From positions 1-31,240 of the forward strand of contig JBGQDJ010000001.1 of assembly GCA_041495805.1 (NCBI GenBank): a stretch of DNA of 31,240 bases. The letters run 5' to 3'. The translations under genes were made by a program, and so were the position numbers. This DNA is from Geobacteraceae bacterium. GTDB lineage: Bacteria; Desulfobacterota; Desulfuromonadia; Geobacterales; Geobacteraceae. Positions 24,991-31,240 of this stretch are shown piece after piece. The notes beneath the pieces were generated by a model. The model was not told where the DNA came from and made no database searches. It saw only the letters and a program-made list of their open reading frames with translations. How positions within the stretch are numbered: position 1 is the stretch's first letter; the number at the start of each line of letters is the position of its first letter.

Positions 24991-25842
24991 TCACGAAACG
25001 AAATAACCCTTGTCACGCATGTAATTCTCGGCAACGGATTCCGTTATCAGATTCAGCCTGCTTTCATCCAGCTCAAGAATCTGCGCGGCCTGTGACTGGT
25101 TAAGATCCAGTTCTTCCATTGCCGCTCTGGTCCCTATTCCCAGTTTGACGCAGATGAGGTCGGCCAGGCTGGTGATCGCTGTCATATTCTGTTGATAAAT
25201 ATTTTCAGTGTCCGGGAAAGCGAATGTGTGGTGAAGCATTACCGCGGTAGTCAGGTCCTCCGGAAGATTCCATTTCTCCAGGACATACGCACCCAACTCC
25301 GCATGGGTGTAGGGGAAAAATGTCTTCTCCACTTCTTCAAACATGATCATTTCATTATAACAGCGCTCTGTTGCCTGTTGGAACTTCTCCTTTTCCCTGA
25401 GATTCATGATGATCTTCCCCAGATCGTGAAATAGTCCTGCCAGAAAAGCCTCGTCAGCGCTCACTTGGGGTGTGTGGCCGGCGATGATCTTTGCGGCCAG
25501 TGCAGCACCGAATGAGTGCTCCCAAAGCATGTTTTCTATCAGGCCGGCCGGCTTGTAAATTTCCTTTAGGGACGCAGCCACGGCCAACCCCTTAAGGGTG
25601 TTGTGGCCAAGCACGACAACGGCCTCCGCCAGCGTCTGGATTTTGCGGCGGCAACCGTAAAATGTTGAGTTGGAGATTTTGAGGACCCTTGCGGAAACAG
25701 CGGGGTCGGAAGAAATCGCCCTGGATATTTCCACTGCATCCGCCTTTCCGCTCTCCACCAGTTGAAGGACCTTTGTGGCAACCACCGGCATGGGCGGGAG
25801 GTCTCCGGTCGTCAAGATGGCTTTTTTCAGGTCGTCGTTCAT
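24991..25842 (-). CDS. HDOD domain protein
   Basis: LPPMPVVA, DPAVSARVLKISNS.FYG, LWEHSF, AGLFHDLGK, HAELGAYVLEKWNLP, HH. AGAGGAG RBS. Confidence 0.92.
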   Translation of the reverse strand: MNDDLKKAILTTGDLPPMPVVATKVLQLVESGKADAVEISRAISSDPAVSARVLKISNSTFYGCRRKIQTLAEAVVVLGHNTLKGLAVAASLKEIYKPAGLIENMLWEHSFGAALAAKIIAGHTPQVSADEAFLAGLFHDLGKIIMNLREKEKFQQATERCYNEMIMFEEVEKTFFPYTHAELGAYVLEKWNLPEDLTTAVMLHHTFAFPDTENIYQQNMTAITSLADLICVKLGIGTRAAMEELDLNQSQAAQILELDESRLNLITESVAENYMRDKGYFVS

Positions 25843-25902
25843 TTGATTAAACTCCTCTGTCTTAACTTTGGCGAATTTGCCGGAACTCGATGATCAACCC
25901 TT

Positions 25903-26979
25903 TCATCCGGCGGCAATTCTGCCGAGCTCGCTTCCTATCCGGTCTAAAGGGAGCACTTCATCGGCGATACCCGCCTCTATGCATGCCTTGGGCATGCCGT
26001 AGATAGTTGATGTCACCTTGTCCTGAACCAGTGTAATGCCGCCCTTTTCTTTTATATGGCGCATCCCGCTGAGTCCGTCGTTTCCCATCCCGGTTAAAAT
26101 TACTCCGACCATGGGACCTTTGCAGGCGTCGGAGAGCGAAGTCATCATCAAATCGATAGAAGGGACATAGACATATTTCGGGAAATTTTCGACAGGGACT
26201 GTTTGGACCACAATTGCTCCACCTTTACGTATAAGAGTCATATGGCGGCCGCCGGGTGCAACCAGAACGTGTCCCGGCAGAAGAATATCGCCGTCAACCG
26301 CCTCTTTTACCGGCAGGGCGCATTTGCTGTTGAGCCTCTCGGAAAATGGGCCGGTAAAGGCTTTCGGCATATGTATAGCCACAATGATGCCCTGGTTGAA
26401 AGAGGCGGGAATACGCGACAAGACCTCCTGAAGTGCGACCGGTCCACCTGTGGAAGCCCCGATTCCAACAAACTCGGACTTAACGGACAGAGGCCGGTGA
26501 CGTTGGGTTTCAACGGGTTGAATACGGGCGCAAGGGGAGGAGGCGGCGATTTTTCGTACCAAGGTAGTAGCCGCTGCGGCTTTGATCTTCAAGAGGAGGT
26601 CTTCCCGAAATTGATTCTGCTCCACCCCAGAATCGGCCGTGCTTTTTGAGACGTAGTCGACGGCTCCACTCTCAAGGGCGTCGAAAGTTGCGGATGCGCC
26701 CTCTTTTGTAAGGGTTGAGACCATGATGACCCGCGTGGGGGCACTTCTCATTATCTCCTTCAAGGCAGTTATCCCGTTCATTACGGGCATCTCCACATCC
26801 ATGGTTATTATATCGGGTTTAAGGGCCAATGCCTTGGCAACCCCTTCGGCGCCATTGATGGCAGTCCCGACTATTTCGATTTCCGGGTCTTTGTTAAGTA
26901 TGCTTCTGATAGCCATCCGCATAAAGGATGAGTCATCAACTATCAGGACCCTGAGTTTCTTGTTTTTTTCCGGAATCAT
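25903..26979 (-). CDS. cheB: Chemotaxis response regulator/methylesterase
   Basis: Receiver VLIVDDS...MDVEMP; catalytic GASTGGP, IHMP, LTGMGNDG. Start ATG 26979. Confidence 0.96.
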   Translation of the reverse strand: MIPEKNKKLRVLIVDDSSFMRMAIRSILNKDPEIEIVGTAINGAEGVAKALALKPDIITMDVEMPVMNGITALKEIMRSAPTRVIMVSTLTKEGASATFDALESGAVDYVSKSTADSGVEQNQFREDLLLKIKAAAATTLVRKIAASSPCARIQPVETQRHRPLSVKSEFVGIGASTGGPVALQEVLSRIPASFNQGIIVAIHMPKAFTGPFSERLNSKCALPVKEAVDGDILLPGHVLVAPGGRHMTLIRKGGAIVVQTVPVENFPKYVYVPSIDLMMTSLSDACKGPMVGVILTGMGNDGLSGMRHIKEKGGITLVQDKVTSTIYGMPKACIEAGIADEVLPLDRIGSELGRIAAG

Positions 26980-26996
26980 GCTGCCCCCATAACATA

Positions 26997-27896
26997 TCAT
27001 TTTTCAAATATTCCCCGGACCATGTCCTCAATTTCTTCAACTTTCTCATCCAATTCGAAGCAGAACCTTTCCACATCCATAGTGCTGAAATCGGGTGAAA
27101 ATTTCCGCAGGGTTTCCCAGGATTTTTCTTCGGCAAGGTTGAAGCTCACCCACTCCCTGTTGTCATAATCGAGATTTCTGACCGAACAGAACAGGTCCGC
27201 AAGATTGACGATGGCCACCAGCATCGGGTCGAAAGTCGCTTCCTGGGGGAAATGGTGGTTTTCTATAACATCGCAGTATTCAAGCGGGAAATTCCATTTT
27301 TTGGCAAGGCACAGACCCAGCTCGCAATGGGTCGTTCCAAGCATGAATAATTCACCTTCAGCGAAGCTGTGGCAGGTGTCTTTGATGAGGGTGACGACTT
27401 TACGGAACTCCTCTCCATGGCATGTGCTCAGAAATACCTCTCCAATGTCATGAACAATGCCGCAAATGTAAGCATTTTCAATCTCCGGGTAGCGCACACG
27501 CTGGGCGATAAGCTTGGAGACGATACCGACTCCGAAGGAATGCTCCCAGAAGGTCCTGACATCAAAAACTCCGTCCTTTCCCTCGAACGTCTTGATTATG
27601 GAGCAGGTAAGGGCAATTTCCCGTATCCGGCGAAAACCGAGATAGATCAAGGCACGCTTCAGGGATTTGATTTCATGCATCGGCCTGAACATTGGAGAAT
27701 TGACTATTTTTATGACCCGTGAGGCCATGACCTGGTCAGTCAGTATCACTTCAGCCACTTCATCCAGTTCCACGTCCGGTTGATCGAGGAGATGGGTGAC
27801 ACGCATCATCGTTTCGGGGATGGTCGGGAGGTTGATAACCTGCGTGATCATCTTTTCAGCTTTTTGCATCCTCATGGCTTTGTTTGGTCTGTTCAT
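26997..27896 (-). CDS. HDOD domain protein
   Basis: LPTIPET, DQVMASRVIKIVNSP, FWEHSF, GIVHDIGE, HCELG..LAKKWNFP, HH. Start ATG 27896 with GAGGGGG RBS. Confidence 0.92.
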   Translation of the reverse strand: MNRPNKAMRMQKAEKMITQVINLPTIPETMMRVTHLLDQPDVELDEVAEVILTDQVMASRVIKIVNSPMFRPMHEIKSLKRALIYLGFRRIREIALTCSIIKTFEGKDGVFDVRTFWEHSFGVGIVSKLIAQRVRYPEIENAYICGIVHDIGEVFLSTCHGEEFRKVVTLIKDTCHSFAEGELFMLGTTHCELGLCLAKKWNFPLEYCDVIENHHFPQEATFDPMLVAIVNLADLFCSVRNLDYDNREWVSFNLAEEKSWETLRKFSPDFSTMDVERFCFELDEKVEEIEDMVRGIFEK

Positions 27897-27906
27897 TTTG
27901 TCCCCC

Positions 27907-28740
27907 TCATTTCTTATAGGCAAATCCGCCAGGGAAATGGATGGTCTTGAATTTGTCGTTGACACTGTGAAGCGATTCCGATTGACCCAGAAAGAAATAT
28001 CCGTATGGTTGCAGATTGTTGTAATAATGCTGGACGATCTTGGCTTTTGCGGGAGCGTCGAAATATATCAGCACATTGGAGCATATGATGATGTCGAAGC
28101 TCTTCATGAATACCATCCGGCTGTCCTCAAAGAGGTTCAGACTCGAAAAATTCACCAGCTTCTTGACTTCCGGCGCAATGGCAAACGACCCGGCGCTTAC
28201 CTCTTTGAAATATTTCTTCCTATAGAATTCGGACATGTTCCTGACCGAGTAGTTGTTGTAAATTCCTTCTTTGGCCTGGAGCAGAACCTTGTCGCTGATG
28301 TCTGTCCCGACGATTTCAATTACCCAGTCCTTTAGCAGGGTAGCCCGCTTTTCCAGGAGGATCATGGCAAATGTGTATGCCTCTTCTCCCGAGGAGGACC
28401 CGGCGCTCCATATCCTCAGTTTCTTGAAACCTATTTTTTTCTTAGTTTCGACCAGTTCGGGAAGGAACTGTCTTTCCAAGGCCCCAAGTTGCTGAGTATT
28501 TCTGAAAAAACAGGTCTCATTTGTGGTTATTTCGATCAGGAGCTGTTTGATTTCCGCCGGGCCTTCCGCGCCGTTTCTGAGAAGCTTGTAATAATCCGCA
28601 TAATCCTTCAAGCCACGGACTTCCATACGTCTCGCCAGGCGGCTCTCCAGGAAGTATTTTCTCCCGGTATGAAAATAAATGCCGCAGAAGTTGTATATGA
28701 AATCCCGCAAGATTTCGAAATTACTATCAGAGATTTTCAT
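27907..28740 (-). CDS. cheR: Chemotaxis protein-glutamate methyltransferase
   Basis: TTNETCFFRN, RIWSAGSSSGEEAYT, GTDIS, NVLIYFD, LGQSESL. Confidence 0.96.
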   Translation of the reverse strand: MKISDSNFEILRDFIYNFCGIYFHTGRKYFLESRLARRMEVRGLKDYADYYKLLRNGAEGPAEIKQLLIEITTNETCFFRNTQQLGALERQFLPELVETKKKIGFKKLRIWSAGSSSGEEAYTFAMILLEKRATLLKDWVIEIVGTDISDKVLLQAKEGIYNNYSVRNMSEFYRKKYFKEVSAGSFAIAPEVKKLVNFSSLNLFEDSRMVFMKSFDIIICSNVLIYFDAPAKAKIVQHYYNNLQPYGYFFLGQSESLHSVNDKFKTIHFPGGFAYKK

Positions 28741-28866
28741 GCTTATTCCTTCTTACGAGTAATTCAGAAAACATATTTCAAATATTGACTTATAAATCCG
28801 ATATAAACAGGCTGAATGCAGCACTGCGACTTTTTGCCTTACAAAGCGGACATCGCAAATCGAGTG

Positions 28867-30657
28867 TCAAAACGAAGAGGCATGTCGGTACATTTCCTCT
28901 TCGCCGCCATCGATCAATTTTGCGGGGTCTACAATGAGGGCCACTTTGCCGTCACCGAGAATAGTTGAGCCGGCTATGCCGGGAACATCCGCGAGATAAT
29001 TGCCAAGAGATTTAATAGCCACCTCCTGTTGTCCCAATAGTCTTGTCACCACCAATCCAAGCCTCTTTTCGGCGATCCCCACGACGACGACATAGAGGAA
29101 TTCGCGGTCGCTTTCCGGCCCTCTGATATCGAATCTCTGTTGCAGACGCATCAAAGGAAGAGCGGTTTTCCTGAGGCGAAGCACTTCCCGCCCGCCAACG
29201 CTGCAGAACTCATCCTGTCTGACGCGTAATGTTTCAATAACCGCTGAAAGAGGTATGGAATAGGTTTCGCCCTCTATCTCAACCATGAGTGACTGGATGA
29301 TAGCCAGGGTCAACGGGAGTCTCAGGATGATTTCCGATCCTGTTCCCATCTCGCTTTTTATGTCGATGATTCCATTCAGCTTCCTTACATTGGTTTTAAC
29401 AACATCCATGCCGACCCCTCTTCCGGAAAGGTCGGAAACCTTCTCTTTCGTGGAAAAACCGGGGAGGAAAATCAGGTCAAAGATCTCCTTCTGACTCATT
29501 TGAGCCAGTTGCTCCGGTGTAACAACCCCCTTTTCCAGGGCCTTGGCGGAAATCTTTTCAGGGTCGAGGCCGCGGCCATCGTCCTTTATGCTGATGATTA
29601 TATTGTTCCCCTCATGCTTTGCGGAGAGTGTGATACAGCCTACCGGCGGCTTGCCCGCTGCAAGCCGGTCCTCGGCGCTCTCCAGGGCATGATCGAGAGC
29701 GTTTCGCACCAGGTGGATAAGAGGGTCGCCAATTTCGTCAACCACGGAACGGTCCAGTTCCGTTTCTTCTCCAAAAATCTTCAGATCCACCTGCTTATCC
29801 AGATCACGGGCAAGATTGCGGACGATGCGGGGGAATTTTCTGAAAACATTGCCGACCGGCACCAAACGCATTTTCAGGACCTGCATCTGCAATTCCGAAG
29901 TAATGAAGCTTATCCTTTTGACAAGCTTGCCGAACTCATCGGCAAAGGCATCAACGTTCGTCCGGCCCAGGCAGTCGCTGTTCAGGTGGCTCATCCTGTT
30001 TCTTTCCAGGACAAGCTCGCCCACCTGGTTCATCAGATCATCAACCCTCTTTACATCAACACGCAGGGTGGATTTGTCCTGGGCGTCCTTGTTGGCGGAT
30101 GATTGCTGCGCTGCCGCAACGGGCTCCTGCTCCATTTTTTGTTGTATCTCAATTCTTGGGTTTGGAGTCTCCGTGGGTGGAGGGGCTTCAATTTCAGTTT
30201 CAGACGAAGAAGGGATTTGCGTGTCCTGAGTTTGATCCGCAATAGGAGCGGGCGATTCTTCATGCTTATCGGCAATCACCGATTCAAGCCGGGCTAAAGT
30301 CCCATCCAGCGGGCGTTCGACGATGTTATCTTTTTTGATGTCGTCAACCAGCAGCTTGACCAGATCGATCGCTTCAAGAATAACGTCCATGATTTTATTG
30401 TCGAACGCAAGTTCTCCTTTGCGCAGCCTGTTCAGGACGTCTTCCGCCTTGTGGGTCACTTTAACCAGAAGTTCGAACTCGAGAAAACTGGCTGCGCCCT
30501 TTACTGTATGGACCGACCGGAAAATGCGGTTCAGGAGCTCCATGTCGCCGGGCGTCTTTTCCAGTATCAACAGGTCGTCATCAACTTTTTCAAGAAGTTC
30601 GGTGGTCTCCGTCAGGAATGCTTCCAACAGCTCTTGATCTTCACAATTCAGGCTCAT
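28867..30657 (-). CDS. cheA: Chemotaxis histidine kinase (Hpt-dimer-HATPase-CheW; no evident P2)
   Basis: IFRSVHTVKG, LRVDVKRVDDLMNQVGELV, HLVRNALDH, DDGRG, GFST, SGRGVGMDVV, LPLTLAI. AAGGAG RBS. Confidence 0.97.
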   Translation of the reverse strand: MSLNCEDQELLEAFLTETTELLEKVDDDLLILEKTPGDMELLNRIFRSVHTVKGAASFLEFELLVKVTHKAEDVLNRLRKGELAFDNKIMDVILEAIDLVKLLVDDIKKDNIVERPLDGTLARLESVIADKHEESPAPIADQTQDTQIPSSSETEIEAPPPTETPNPRIEIQQKMEQEPVAAAQQSSANKDAQDKSTLRVDVKRVDDLMNQVGELVLERNRMSHLNSDCLGRTNVDAFADEFGKLVKRISFITSELQMQVLKMRLVPVGNVFRKFPRIVRNLARDLDKQVDLKIFGEETELDRSVVDEIGDPLIHLVRNALDHALESAEDRLAAGKPPVGCITLSAKHEGNNIIISIKDDGRGLDPEKISAKALEKGVVTPEQLAQMSQKEIFDLIFLPGFSTKEKVSDLSGRGVGMDVVKTNVRKLNGIIDIKSEMGTGSEIILRLPLTLAIIQSLMVEIEGETYSIPLSAVIETLRVRQDEFCSVGGREVLRLRKTALPLMRLQQRFDIRGPESDREFLYVVVVGIAEKRLGLVVTRLLGQQEVAIKSLGNYLADVPGIAGSTILGDGKVALIVDPAKLIDGGEEEMYRHASSF

Positions 30658-30681
30658 CTGTGGCTCCTTGAAGAAAATCTA

Positions 30682-31179
30682 TCAGATCATATCGGCAAAT
30701 GTTTGGCGCTCTTCCAATGAAAACATCTTTTCGAGGTTCAGAAGGACCAGCAGGCGATCGGCATGATTGATCACCCCTGATATGCACTCCTGATCTATGC
30801 CGCCGGTCACAATTGGGGGTGGGGGCTGAATCTCACTCAAGGCAATACGGATAACTTCCGCGACGGAATCGACAATAAAGCCCATTAACTCATTATCCAT
30901 ATCCATAACGATGATCCGTGTCCTGCTGTCATTTTCCGCCTCGGGAAGATTGAACTTCATCCGCAGTGAAATTATGGGAATAACCTTTCCTCGCAGATTG
31001 ATGACCCCTTCGATATAGCCGGGGGTGTTCGGCACCCTGGTGATATTTGACAGGCGAATGATTTCCCGCACCTTCAAGACGTTGATCCCATGCTCTTCAT
31101 TTCCGATCTTGAAGCTTACCAGTTGAATCCGTTCTTCTTTCATTTCAACGGAATTTGTAGTCGATGCCGCCGTGTTCAT
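30682..31179 (-). CDS. cheW: Chemotaxis adaptor
   Basis: LVSFKIGNEEHGI, VREII, VPNTPGYIEGVINLRGKVIPII, GFIVDSV. AGGAGG RBS. Confidence 0.97.
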   Translation of the reverse strand: MNTAASTTNSVEMKEERIQLVSFKIGNEEHGINVLKVREIIRLSNITRVPNTPGYIEGVINLRGKVIPIISLRMKFNLPEAENDSRTRIIVMDMDNELMGFIVDSVAEVIRIALSEIQPPPPIVTGGIDQECISGVINHADRLLVLLNLEKMFSLEERQTFADMI

Positions 31180-31240
31180 AATTTCCTCCTGAAAAATTTA
31201 GTTTTTTATATATGTAAAGCAACCCTGTCTACGGGCATCA

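Noticed and set aside
31205-31240. Sigma54 promoter upstream of cheW
   Set aside because: TTGCT is present, but the -24 position reads GT rather than GG; upstream context is outside the window.
1-31240. tRNA, rRNA, CRISPR array, transposase or defence-system genes
   Set aside because: No cloverleaf, regularly spaced repeats or matching protein motifs were seen.

Overview
Bacterial chromosomal window that looks deltaproteobacterial (Geobacteraceae/Desulfuromonadales-like; inferred from gene content and order, not from a search). It has four blocks. (1) 129-3808, minus strand: a sigma70-driven run of FAA hydrolase, amidohydrolase (split by one in-frame TAG), pyrimidine-dimer DNA glycosylase and an AddA/UvrD-type helicase. 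The helicase is cut off right after motif III by a ~25% GC structured segment at the window edge. (2) 3950-23228: a ~19 kb glycan synthesis/modification island with about 7 glycosyltransferase domains, 6 SAM-methyltransferase domains, 2 radical-SAM domains, 2 cobalamin-binding domains and several TPRs, mostly in multidomain fusions. It is preceded by four sigma54 (-24/-12) promoters, one sigma28-like promoter and a recurring 14-bp FleQ-box-like motif (GTCAAAANNTTGAA), which points to flagellum-coupled (probably flagellin) glycosylation. (3) 23481-24899, plus strand: a sigma28-like promoter, an unannotated-looking 65-aa ORF and a GGEEF diguanylate cyclase with a degenerate I-site. (4) 24991-31179, minus strand: chemosensory cluster cheW-cheA-cheR-HDOD-cheB-HDOD. 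No rRNA, tRNA, CRISPR array or transposase was seen. All product calls come from motif recognition by eye; no database search was run.
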